DNA of 64,000 bases from positions 21,201 through 85,200 of the forward strand of contig CALVJR010000003.1 in assembly GCA_944332295.1 (NCBI GenBank), in the 5' to 3' direction. Shown piece after piece: positions 46,034-55,781 of the stretch. This DNA comes from an uncultured Bacilli bacterium (GTDB taxonomy: Bacteria > Bacillota_I > Bacilli_A > RF39 > UBA660). A model generated the notes under the pieces. The model did not search any database. It saw only the letters and a list, made by a program, of their open reading frames with translations, and was not told the DNA's origin. The position numbers and the translations under genes are program-made. Within the stretch, counting starts at the first letter, position 1, and each line of letters opens with the position of its first letter.

Positions 46034-46775
46034 CTAATAATGTTAAAACATCTAATATCTCATTAAAGAATTCTTTTCTAGGCTTTTCACCTCTTCTTAT
46101 CTCATTAAATATTTTCCCATCTTTTAAGAATAATACTCGCTTACAAAAACTAGCACTAAAAGAATCATGAGTAACCATTAAAATAGTAGCATTTAATTTT
46201 TCATTCATCTCATCCATTGTCTCTAATAACATTCTACTACTTTTAGAATCTAGAGCTCCTGTTGGTTCATCTGCAAGAATTAGTTTAGGTTTGTTGATTA
46301 GTGCTCTTGCACAAGCACAACGTTGTTTTTGTCCTCCTGATACTTCATAAGGGTATTTATTTAATATCTCTTTAATTCCTAGTTTTTCTGCAATATCATC
46401 CACTTTTTCTTCTACTTTATTTACCTCTTCTTTATTAATAATTAAGGCAAGAGAAATATTTTCAGATATCGTTAATGTATCCAAAAGATTAAAGTCTTGA
46501 AAGATAAATCCTAGATTTTCTCTTCTAAAACTAGCAAGGTCTTTTTCTTTTAATTCTGTGATGTCTTTTCCATCGATAAAAATATGTCCGGAAGTTACTT
46601 CGTCTATCGTAGAAATACAATTTAGAAGTGTTGTTTTTCCAGAGCCAGATGTTCCCATGATAGCAACAAACTCACCTTCTTCTACTTCTAACGATAAATC
46701 ATTTACTGCTTTTGTTATATTATTTTTCGTCCCATAATATTTTTTTAGATTTTTTATTTCTAGTGTTTTTTGCAC
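46008..46775 (-). CDS. BceA-type ABC ATP-binding protein, module 1
   Basis: Walker A GTSGSGKTT, signature SGGQKQR, Walker B LILADEPTGALD. GTG start. Confidence 0.92.
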   Translation of the reverse strand: MQKTLEIKNLKKYYGTKNNITKAVNDLSLEVEEGEFVAIMGTSGSGKTTLLNCISTIDEVTSGHIFIDGKDITELKEKDLASFRRENLGFIFQDFNLLDTLTISENISLALIINKEEVNKVEEKVDDIAEKLGIKEILNKYPYEVSGGQKQRCACARALINKPKLILADEPTGALDSKSSRMLLETMDEMNEKLNATILMVTHDSFSASFCKRVLFLKDGKIFNEIRRGEKPRKEFFNEILDVLTLLGGDVASVK

Positions 46776-46917
46776 AACGCATCCCGTCCTTTATTTCACT
46801 AATTTTTTCTGTTAGAAAAGAACATAAAGAAATCATACCTCCTATTATAATACATGGTACCAATATAATTAATAATAGTATTGTTATTTTTAATCCTAAA
46901 ACATTGAAACTTGACAT
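46720..46917 (-). CDS. Small membrane protein preceding the module-1 ABC operon
   Basis: 65 aa. Strong SD AAAGGAG. TM segment ITILLLIILVPCIIIGGMISL. The 3' end overlaps the ATPase gene by 56 nt. Confidence 0.45.
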   Translation of the reverse strand: MSSFNVLGLKITILLLIILVPCIIIGGMISLCSFLTEKISEIKDGMRCAKNTRNKKSKKILWDEK

Positions 46918-47079
46918 TGTATCACTCCTTTTGTTCCTTTCTTGATATCAGTATAACAAAGAACCGTTTCAAATAACCTTACAGTTTTGTTATATTTCTA
47001 GTAATACTATATTTTTTCTTTACTTTCTATCAAGTTTTAGTTGCTTTATAGAACGAATTAGTTGCAAAAAAGAAAAAAC

Positions 47080-47099
47080 TACAGAGTTTATTCTCTGTA
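47080..47099 (-). terminator. Rho-independent terminator after 47169..48167
   Basis: TACAGAG-TTTATT-CTCTGTA followed by a long T-run on the minus strand. Confidence 0.55.
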
Positions 47100-47168
47100 T
47101 GTTTTAAACTTAAATATTGTTATTTTCTTAATTATTTTACTCATGTTATTTAATATATATCAAATACA

Positions 47169-48167
47169 TTAATCAATATCTATCATACTATCTCGCTTTT
47201 TTATATATTGCTTCGTTTCTTCTTTGATAGCTTGTTGAGATAAAGAAGGATGCTCTGTTGTGATTTCTGCATCATATTCTCTTTTAATATCATATAGCTC
47301 TGCTATACCATTTTTTATTTGTGTTAGGGCAGCTACTAATTCTGGTTTACTATTTACACCATCAATTCTAGTAAAAGTATTACAAGTATCAGATATTTGT
47401 ACATCTAAATCTTGTAGACTAACATTTAAATCTACCGAATTTCTAAGAGCCTTTTTAGATTTTGTTGTACTTTCTGTAAGTTTTAAAATGTGATTTTGAA
47501 TTGACTTCCAACGAACAGACTGTGGCAAACTTTCTACAGGAAAGGTCAAATCATTTACAAAGATTCTATTTTTTATATAAGCATATCGCTCATTGCCTAT
47601 TAGTAATTTATAATTTGAACCTTTAGAACGATATCTAATAACGTCTGTTTCGTAATTAGGGAGTATTTCCATATTTTCTAAATATACAATAGGATACAAA
47701 AACGAGCGACACTGCCAACTTTCGAATCGGTATTCTTCCTGAGTAAAATCTAACTCTTTATCCATTGCAATTTCTTTAATTTCTAGTTCATTCAATCTTT
47801 GAAGTAATGCCTGGATTTGTTCTTTTTCATCTTTATGTTCCAATAAATATCTGTAATAAAAATCTAAGTATGGTTTCATTGTTCCATCATCGTCATAATT
47901 AACTGAAAGAAACACAAAGATATCAGAATTCTTATTAATAATATCTATCGTATCTTTATTTTCTTGATAAAACTGATAAATTCCTCGTTTTCTAAAGAAT
48001 GTAGTTTCTCCTCTAATTGCTTTTTTCAAATGATATATAATATCCGCCATATTATATTTTGTTGTTAATTCTTTTAAGTTTTGATTAAAACTATCAAACT
48101 GATCTAAAACTGAACTTATTGCCATAACATCAACCACTTTAACTTCTGCTAGGGCTTTTTGTTCCAT
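47169..48167 (-). CDS. Hypothetical protein
   Basis: 332-aa soluble ORF downstream of the YfhO-like gene. No motif recognised. Confidence 0.5.
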   Translation of the reverse strand: MEQKALAEVKVVDVMAISSVLDQFDSFNQNLKELTTKYNMADIIYHLKKAIRGETTFFRKRGIYQFYQENKDTIDIINKNSDIFVFLSVNYDDDGTMKPYLDFYYRYLLEHKDEKEQIQALLQRLNELEIKEIAMDKELDFTQEEYRFESWQCRSFLYPIVYLENMEILPNYETDVIRYRSKGSNYKLLIGNERYAYIKNRIFVNDLTFPVESLPQSVRWKSIQNHILKLTESTTKSKKALRNSVDLNVSLQDLDVQISDTCNTFTRIDGVNSKPELVAALTQIKNGIAELYDIKREYDAEITTEHPSLSQQAIKEETKQYIKKRDSMIDID

Positions 48168-48210
48168 AATATTCCTTCTTTCTGTTTGTTATTATAACAT
48201 TCCTTGAATA

Positions 48211-50559
48211 CTATTTATATACCTTTTTAACATTTTTATAATCCCAAATACAGATTCCCAATAATAAAACTATTCCAAAAATAGATATTATGGTTGCGAT
48301 GTTTTTCCAAGGAGCCTCATATGTAATTTCTATTTGATGTTTTCCTTTATCTATCTTTAATGTCATACCATTTTGAATACTTTTTTGATAGTCTGTTTTT
48401 TTACCATCTACTAAAATAGTAAAACCTTCATCATAAGGAATAGCAATTTCTACATTTTGTGGTTCTTCTACTTCTATTTCTCCTGTTATTTTATCTCCGG
48501 ATGTTTCTTTTTTATTTATCGTTATTTGGGTTGTTTCTTCTTTTCTATTTTCTAACACACTTTTTGGTATTGCAACTACTTCGATATCTCCTAGTTTGTA
48601 GTAAGCTTCAGAAAAGGTTATTTCTAACTCTTCTGGGGATAGTAAAACATAGTGAAATACATAATTATTGTTATGATATTTCCAGGTTCTACAAGTAAGT
48701 TTATTACTAATATGATTTATTTTTATCGTTTGATCATTTTTCTCATGATGGCATCCTCTATTAAATTTATTTTTAAATGTTACAAATAGAACTTTGTCCG
48801 TTAAGTCTTCTTTTGGTACTACTGTCATTTTTGCATTCTTTCCTGCTCTGATTTTAACTACACTGTCATTTTGTGTTAATTCTATATTTTTCATATTTTT
48901 TATTTCTAACTCTACTTTTTCAAAGATGTCATCTTCAGGAATATCTTTTGTGTATGCTGCAATTACATTTTTTGGATATTCTAAGTTTTTATATTCTTCT
49001 TTAGATAAACTATCTTTTGTTGCATAGATAATAGGTAAGGCTAATTCATTTTCATATAATAACAAATCTCCTTTTTTATCGATTAATTGGTAACCATCCT
49101 TTAATGGAGTCTTTGCTATAATATATTTCTCACCCATCATAGATTCAGATAAAATCCCGCCAGATAATGTTAACATCATATTATTACGATATATTTCATT
49201 ATTTTTCTGTTGGTTTTGTACCCAGTTTTGGTAGTATTTGTTTTGAGTGGATGAATATACTGAACTTTTGTATTCGTCCATAGAATATACTCTATTTAAA
49301 GAAGAAGATGTGTAAGTTTCATTACCAATTCTATAAAAACTTTGGTCTTTTTTAGTGATTTCTTCTACTAACTCTTGATAGTCCTTGTCTTCTTTACTGT
49401 TTACTTGTTCTTTTGGTATTAATGCGTCTCCTACACTACCAATTACTGTAATTAGGCAAGTAGAGATTACTAAGTAAATTTTTAGTTTTTTATGGTCTTT
49501 TAACAAAGTTTCAAAACTAATTGCAATTAATAATAGTTCTAATGGTAAAAATGGGATTAATGATTTTGTATTTATATAAAGAGTACCATTTAATATAAAG
49601 TTAAATACTGGAATTAGGAATATTATTAATAGTGTTAATGCTAGATATTTTGTTTTCTTTTCCGTTTCTTTATCAATGACTAATAACCCTACTAAAATAA
49701 ACTCTAAGAGGGTAATTCCTGGACCATATCCAGAATATAAAACTTTAAGATTTGGTGTAAATAATAACCAGGTTTCTATTTCTTTGATAGACTCTCCTCT
49801 ACCCGCAAGTAAAGTATAGGCTGTTGGTAACCAAAGAATAGCACTGATTAATACAGCAAGTAAAAATGGTACAGCAAGTCTAAATAAAAATGGTATGACC
49901 TCTTTTAGAGAATGCTTTTTTGAAAACTCATAAATACCATATATAATTAATACAATAATTCCAGATACACTGTAATAAAAACTTGTAAAAATCATTAATG
50001 TAGTGGAAATAGTCAATAGTCCTATTTTTCTCTTATTTATGAATCTATCTATACCAAACAATCCTAATATTAAAAATGGAAAATAATTAATAAACATAAT
50101 ATGTCTTTTAGCATGATATAGTATTGGCGTTGCGAATAAGAAAAGTAAAGATACCATAATACAAGTAGAAGTTTTAAAGTTATGAGAGGATAAAAATTTA
50201 TAAAATAAAAAGGTTGATGATACGACAATGATAAAACTTGCGGCAATCAAATAATAAATCATAGGTATCATAGGAAGTAAGTAGGATAATAAAATAATGG
50301 GACTTAATAAGCCATAATAAGAGAAGTTATAAATATTCTGTCCTCCACCAATATTGAGGGCAAAATCAGGAAACAAATCTTTGGTATCATAAAATAAGTT
50401 TCTAAAATATTCCGGAAAGATATAATGCTGCATTTCAAAATCTGTAGTGGATGCAAAAACAAACTCACCGTGAGTAAGTATTGCTACTATTACGATATAT
50501 ATTACACTATATAATAATAACACTAAAATATCTTGTTTATGTTTTTTTAACCATTTCAT
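48211..50559 (-). CDS. YfhO-family polytopic membrane protein (putative glycosyltransferase)
   Basis: 782 aa with about 13 N-terminal TMs, a large extracytoplasmic C-domain and a terminal TM. The architecture and N-terminal sequence are typical of YfhO. Confidence 0.7.
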   Translation of the reverse strand: MKWLKKHKQDILVLLLYSVIYIVIVAILTHGEFVFASTTDFEMQHYIFPEYFRNLFYDTKDLFPDFALNIGGGQNIYNFSYYGLLSPIILLSYLLPMIPMIYYLIAASFIIVVSSTFLFYKFLSSHNFKTSTCIMVSLLFLFATPILYHAKRHIMFINYFPFLILGLFGIDRFINKRKIGLLTISTTLMIFTSFYYSVSGIIVLIIYGIYEFSKKHSLKEVIPFLFRLAVPFLLAVLISAILWLPTAYTLLAGRGESIKEIETWLLFTPNLKVLYSGYGPGITLLEFILVGLLVIDKETEKKTKYLALTLLIIFLIPVFNFILNGTLYINTKSLIPFLPLELLLIAISFETLLKDHKKLKIYLVISTCLITVIGSVGDALIPKEQVNSKEDKDYQELVEEITKKDQSFYRIGNETYTSSSLNRVYSMDEYKSSVYSSTQNKYYQNWVQNQQKNNEIYRNNMMLTLSGGILSESMMGEKYIIAKTPLKDGYQLIDKKGDLLLYENELALPIIYATKDSLSKEEYKNLEYPKNVIAAYTKDIPEDDIFEKVELEIKNMKNIELTQNDSVVKIRAGKNAKMTVVPKEDLTDKVLFVTFKNKFNRGCHHEKNDQTIKINHISNKLTCRTWKYHNNNYVFHYVLLSPEELEITFSEAYYKLGDIEVVAIPKSVLENRKEETTQITINKKETSGDKITGEIEVEEPQNVEIAIPYDEGFTILVDGKKTDYQKSIQNGMTLKIDKGKHQIEITYEAPWKNIATIISIFGIVLLLGICIWDYKNVKKVYK

Positions 50560-50776
50560 AAGATCACACTACTTCCTTTATTATTAAAATACTTTTCCCT
50601 TTCCGTTTCTTTCTTTAATAAAGATAACAACCAAGATTAGTATATCCTTTTTTACTTTATTTTTCCACCTAATTTTGGTTGATTATTGTCAAGTTATAGT
50701 TGCATATATAGTTTTACACTATTAGTATGCATATTTTATTAGATTTCATAGTTTGTTTTATGGTTTTTATGAATAA

Positions 50777-51868
50777 TTATTTAGATGTATATATTCTTTT
50801 TTCTTTTATGGTGCTTTCTAGTTTTACTGAAAATAAAGTATCATAAAACCTAGATTTGTGAATCATTACTAAGAAAATATTCACTATATAGAATAAAAAC
50901 ACAATAATTACAATAGATAAATAAAAAATGATTGCTATATTAGAATAAGTAATATAATGGCCTATAATTGTTGCGATATAAAATATTCCATAAGGTAATA
51001 ACAAATAATAAAAATAGATAAAATAAGGTCTAAAATAATAGAGGATGGTATTTTTAGTCTTTGTAATTTTTATATTTAGAAAGCTACTACCTAGTGTTTT
51101 GTTTTGATAGAATATAGGGATGATTGTAAAATATATAATAAAATTTAATATCGGGTGCCATCCTTTAGCAAATATAGTAAGAATGATATATAGAAATAAA
51201 TCTAGGAAAAATAAAGTTATTCTTCTTAAGAAAGAGACGTCCTCCCCTTTTTTATAAGCAAGTCTTTCTAATTCTTCTCTTTTAGGAAGTCTTTTTTCTA
51301 AATCTAACATCCAAAGATAGCCTACTACTCCACCTAAGGTATTTAATATTAAGTCATCTATATCACAAAGGCGATATGGCTTAGGATAGATTCCATATAA
51401 TCTTGTTACTTGGGTAAATTCAAAGAATGCACTTAATATGAAGCTTGAGATAATTACTTTTTTTATAGAATAGCTTTTATAATATCTTAAAAACATACCA
51501 AATGGTACGAATAACAAAATATTAAAGAATACTACATAAAAAGATGGATGAATCATTGCTTGTATATAAGTTTTAGGAGCTGATAAGGCGAATGGTGTTT
51601 CTTTTATAAAATCTATTACAAAATGAAAAGGAATAATTTGTATCATCCAGTCTGGATTATGAATAACACTTTCTATTCTGGGAAGAGGTAGAATGACTAA
51701 GAAATAGGCACACAATAAATAAAAGATAAACCCGTAAATAATTATCGTCTTTAGAGGCTCTATCGATGCAAATTTATGGTATTGATGTAAGATAAATGGA
51801 CCTGTTATTACAAGAGCTAATATTGGAAAAACAATTACTGCAGTTTTAATAGCTACTAAATAATTCAT
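50777..51868 (-). CDS. VanZ-like domain membrane protein with extra C-terminal TM (RDD-like) domain
   Basis: The N-terminal half ends in CDIDDLILNTLGGVVGY (VanZ motif). The C-terminal ~150 aa form a further TM bundle. Confidence 0.7.
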   Translation of the reverse strand: MNYLVAIKTAVIVFPILALVITGPFILHQYHKFASIEPLKTIIIYGFIFYLLCAYFLVILPLPRIESVIHNPDWMIQIIPFHFVIDFIKETPFALSAPKTYIQAMIHPSFYVVFFNILLFVPFGMFLRYYKSYSIKKVIISSFILSAFFEFTQVTRLYGIYPKPYRLCDIDDLILNTLGGVVGYLWMLDLEKRLPKREELERLAYKKGEDVSFLRRITLFFLDLFLYIILTIFAKGWHPILNFIIYFTIIPIFYQNKTLGSSFLNIKITKTKNTILYYFRPYFIYFYYLLLPYGIFYIATIIGHYITYSNIAIIFYLSIVIIVFLFYIVNIFLVMIHKSRFYDTLFSVKLESTIKEKRIYTSK

Positions 51869-51886
51869 AAGAAAAGGATTAGTTTC

Positions 51887-52006
51887 CTAACCCTTCTTTC
51901 CTTTCACAACAGCAAGTACTATAAATAAGATAGCTAGAAATATTAATGGTGAAATCATAACTATAGGGTTGTTTATCAGTTCTTGCCAGTTTATATTTAA
52001 TATCAT
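51887..52006 (-). CDS. Unannotated 39-aa membrane peptide coupled to the module-2 permease
   Basis: Its ATG overlaps the permease stop (ATGA, 52003-52006). Sequence MILNINWQELINNPIVMISPLIFLAILFIVLAVVKGKKG. Confidence 0.4.
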   Translation of the reverse strand: MILNINWQELINNPIVMISPLIFLAILFIVLAVVKGKKG

Positions 52007-54087
52007 ATTCTCTTTTCCTTTATAATACTTTTACTACAGTAATATGTAATTAAGAAGTATCCTCCATAAATTAGTATTAAGAATAACATAGTCATAGATA
52101 CACTTGCTAACATTTCTTCTTTACCGAAGGTCTCTAATAAGAATGTACAGAATTTAATACCAAAAATAGAATGAATGATTGCTATTAATAATGGGAATAT
52201 AAAGAATATTGCAATTTGTCTAAATAGAGCTTTATTTAATTGTTTATCGGTTGCTCCTATTCTTCTTAACATAGTATATCTCGTTACATTATCAGCACTT
52301 TCTGATAGTTCTTTTAATGCTAGTAGTGCCGCACTAGAGATTAAGAAAATGATTCCTAAATATAATCCAATAAAGGTTATCATTGCACCTAGTCCCACGC
52401 TGGCATCATAAATAGCAATTCGTGAAGTACCTTCTAGAGTAACATCCGGATATAAATTGTTTAGTTCTGGATTTGTAAATACAGCTTCTATTTCCTCTTT
52501 TGTCTTCGCATCATTGGCTTTATAGTTTGCTACCACGTATTCATATTCTAATCTAGGTGAAGTACTTGATACATTAATTACTTCATCTGGTACAACAATT
52601 ATACCATCAGTAATATGATTACTAGACATCTGAATAAAACCATCTTTTACTTCTTTATATTTAGGTGTTAATTCTTTACCAAAGATAGTTAATGGCGTTC
52701 CTATTTTTAAAGCTTTGTTTCTTAATTCTATCATGCTCTCATAGTCACCAATAATCATATACTCATCATCATCTAAACTATATGTTTTATTGTTAAACAT
52801 TTTAGCAACCTTATTATACTCACTTAATTTTACGATAATCTCTGGAGAAGTATAATCTAAGTATGGATACATTTTCTTCATACTATCTAATTCACTACCC
52901 ATGGTTGTAGCATAAGTTATAGACTCATCTGTATATAAATGAAGTGTTGTTTGATCTTTTAAATACTTTTCTTCATCAATATTTAAATCTTTTAGTGTTT
53001 CAGAAATTGTTTTATAACTAGATTCTATTTGTCCATCTGTATAGCCGTATTCCTCTTGTAGTTCTTTTGGAATATTTCTTTTTTTCATTAACTCAATATC
53101 TGCTGGTGCTAACTCTTTTAGGTTAGCTGTCATTGAGTTTTTAATAGAAAGTGAACTTGATAGTACACAGATTGTTACAAATAACATTAAACAAATAATG
53201 GTCATAGAAAATACTGTCGTGTTAATCTTGCTACTAATTTGTCTTAATGTAAAACTATTTAGTCCTTTATAGTATATATTTTTCATAGACTGAACAATTT
53301 TTAGCATTAATCCTGATAAAGACCAGAATAATAAGAAGGTAGAAGTTGCTCCTAAAGCAATAATTATTCCCATATCTTTCACTGTTAATGCATTAGCACC
53401 ATCTGGTACTGATACTCGGTAATAACAATATCCTAATATAGCTACCGCTATTAAGAAAATTATAGTACAGATTATAGGGTTTTTAATTTTTACTTTTTCA
53501 GAACGCTTATTGGCATTAATTAAATCAATTAGTTTACAACGACTAATTTGAATCGTATTAAATATCATAACTAGTAGGTACATAATACCAAAATAAATAA
53601 TTGTTTTTATTAATGCCCCTTTAGAAAAGGTAAAAACAAAATTTGTCATATCTGCTTCAAACATATTAGCAACTAACAGACTCATTAGTTGGGATAGTAT
53701 TACACCTACTCCTAGCCCTACTCCTAAAGATAAAAGTCCTATAATAATTGTTTCAATAAATAAAATCATCGATATTTTTCTTTTACCCATACCTAGTGTC
53801 ATATAAATTGCAAATTCTTTATTTCTTCTTTTTATCAAAAAACGGGATGCATAAATAATTAAAAATCCTAAAATAAACGAAACAAGCACACTAACTGCCG
53901 ATAGAGTCTGAGTCATCATTTCAATAATATCATAAGTAGATTGTTTTGTTTCTAATAATACTGTTTGACTATCTATAGCATTAAATACATAAAAAATTGC
54001 AACACCTAAAATTAAGGTAAAGAAATAGATTGTATAATCTTTAAAACTTTTTTTGATGTTCTTTAGGGATAGTTTACAAAGCATCAT
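52003..54087 (-). CDS. BceB-type ABC permease, module 2
   Basis: 694 aa. Same architecture as 44021..46033 and clearly paralogous (N-terminus MLCKLSLKNIKKSFKDYTIYF vs LAIRNVKRSLKDYLIYI). Confidence 0.85.
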   Translation of the reverse strand: MMLCKLSLKNIKKSFKDYTIYFFTLILGVAIFYVFNAIDSQTVLLETKQSTYDIIEMMTQTLSAVSVLVSFILGFLIIYASRFLIKRRNKEFAIYMTLGMGKRKISMILFIETIIIGLLSLGVGLGVGVILSQLMSLLVANMFEADMTNFVFTFSKGALIKTIIYFGIMYLLVMIFNTIQISRCKLIDLINANKRSEKVKIKNPIICTIIFLIAVAILGYCYYRVSVPDGANALTVKDMGIIIALGATSTFLLFWSLSGLMLKIVQSMKNIYYKGLNSFTLRQISSKINTTVFSMTIICLMLFVTICVLSSSLSIKNSMTANLKELAPADIELMKKRNIPKELQEEYGYTDGQIESSYKTISETLKDLNIDEEKYLKDQTTLHLYTDESITYATTMGSELDSMKKMYPYLDYTSPEIIVKLSEYNKVAKMFNNKTYSLDDDEYMIIGDYESMIELRNKALKIGTPLTIFGKELTPKYKEVKDGFIQMSSNHITDGIIVVPDEVINVSSTSPRLEYEYVVANYKANDAKTKEEIEAVFTNPELNNLYPDVTLEGTSRIAIYDASVGLGAMITFIGLYLGIIFLISSAALLALKELSESADNVTRYTMLRRIGATDKQLNKALFRQIAIFFIFPLLIAIIHSIFGIKFCTFLLETFGKEEMLASVSMTMLFLILIYGGYFLITYYCSKSIIKEKRI

Positions 54088-54841
54088 TTAAATCCCCTCC
54101 AAGTAGTGTTACCACATCAATGATTTTATCAAAAAACTCTTTTCTTCCTTGATTACCTTTTCTAATTTCATTAAATATTTTTCCATCTTTAATGAATATT
54201 ACACGAGATGCATAGCTTGCAGTAAATGCATCATGTGTTACCATTAAAATAGTAGTCATAAACTCTTTGTTTAAATGATTAAAACTTTCTAGTAACATTT
54301 TTGATGATTTGGAATCTAAGGCTCCGGTTGGTTCATCCGCTAAAACAAGTTTAGGATTGGTAATAATAGCACGGGCAGAGGCTACTCTTTGGCGCTGTCC
54401 TCCACTCATCTGATAAGGATATTTTTGTAATACATCTTGAATATCTAATTTTCTTGCCACCTCGTTTACACGTTTACCGATATCTCCTACTTTAGCATTT
54501 TGAATAGATAAAGCTAAAGCAATATTTTCATATGCTGTTAGTGTATCTAGGAGGTTAAAGTCTTGAAAGATAAATCCTAACTCACGACTTCGATATTTGT
54601 TTAATTTATTTCCTTTTAGTTTAGTAATATCTTCACCAGCCACATAAATATGACCTGATGTCACTCTATCAATTGTTGAAATACAATTTAGAAGAGTTGT
54701 TTTTCCTGAACCAGATGCTCCCATGATAGCAACAAACTCACCTTCTTCTACATCAAAAGAGATTCCATCGATTGCTTTTGTCAAGTTTGATCTGTTTCCA
54801 TAATATTTTTCAATATTTTCAATTTTTAATATTTGAGACAT
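54074..54841 (-). CDS. BceA-type ABC ATP-binding protein, module 2
   Basis: Walker A GASGSGKTT, SGGQRQR, LVLADEPTGALD. Roughly two-thirds identical by eye to the module-1 ATPase. Confidence 0.92.
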   Translation of the reverse strand: MSQILKIENIEKYYGNRSNLTKAIDGISFDVEEGEFVAIMGASGSGKTTLLNCISTIDRVTSGHIYVAGEDITKLKGNKLNKYRSRELGFIFQDFNLLDTLTAYENIALALSIQNAKVGDIGKRVNEVARKLDIQDVLQKYPYQMSGGQRQRVASARAIITNPKLVLADEPTGALDSKSSKMLLESFNHLNKEFMTTILMVTHDAFTASYASRVIFIKDGKIFNEIRKGNQGRKEFFDKIIDVVTLLGGDLNDAL

Positions 54842-55013
54842 ACTCTCTCTCCTTTCTTGTCTTTCATTATAGAGTAACTTATGATAACTGTCGCTATTTT
54901 AATATTACACTATCTTACAATTTCGTAAGGTTTCCTTTATCATAACAAATATCTTAGGACATATCAATTTCTAAGAATTTAAAAACAGTAGCGGACCCAC
55001 TACTGTTCATTGT

Positions 55014-55664
55014 TTATTTTACTTTTCTATTTTCTTTTCCCAAGTCTTTTATAATTACTTCTCCATCATGTAAGGTAATGTATTCTAAATTATTTTGTTT
55101 ACAATACTCTACTGCTTTGCTTGCTAATTCTGTTTCTTTATGATTAGATTCAAAATGCGGAATAATTACCTCATCTATCAAGCCAACACCTTCATAGATT
55201 GCTGGTATGTTACTATTATAAGGATCAATATCAGGATCATCCATTACTGCGATTGCTTGTAAATCCTTGCAAAGAACACAGATTCCTGCGCTATATCCAC
55301 CATATAATATGTTATCATCATCCACATGTTCCTTTAATACCTCATCAAATCCACTAAACTTCATTGCTCGTCTTAATGTAAATGCATTGCCACCTAACGC
55401 AAAGAAGGCATGAACCCTATCAAAAAGTCCTTCTAATTCTTCTTTTTTTCCAAAATATTTCTTTAAATCTACAATTTCAACAGAGAACCCTAACTCTTCT
55501 AGTTCTTTTGCATCATTTTCAATTCCTATTGTTTTTCTTTCTCCATCAGGAAAAACATCTCTAGAATTAATAATTAATCCTATTTTATTATCATGATCTT
55601 TTAACCAGTCTTGTAATACTTCTATATCTTGTCCTAATTTATAAGATGATAAATATAATTTCAT
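55014..55664 (-). CDS. Peptidase S51 (dipeptidase E-like) family protein
   Basis: 216 aa. FALGGNAFTLRRAM and GYSAG (nucleophile elbow) are typical of S51. Confidence 0.7.
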   Translation of the reverse strand: MKLYLSSYKLGQDIEVLQDWLKDHDNKIGLIINSRDVFPDGERKTIGIENDAKELEELGFSVEIVDLKKYFGKKEELEGLFDRVHAFFALGGNAFTLRRAMKFSGFDEVLKEHVDDDNILYGGYSAGICVLCKDLQAIAVMDDPDIDPYNSNIPAIYEGVGLIDEVIIPHFESNHKETELASKAVEYCKQNNLEYITLHDGEVIIKDLGKENRKVK

Positions 55665-55781
55665 ATTGATTGCTCCTTTTTATATATAGTTATTTATAAT
55701 TTTTTTCTATTTTACATTATTATAATACTCTATCATCCATACTTTTGCAACTTTTATTACTGTTTAACACTCTACTTTCTA

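Noticed and set aside
46950-46993. The long-range inverted repeat TATAACAAA-N24-TTTGTTATA upstream of module 1, considered as a riboswitch or attenuator-like structure.
   Set aside because: The arms are AT-only and 9 bp long with a large loop. Such pairs are expected by chance at this base composition. Only the CTTAC-containing portion is retained as a candidate regulator site.
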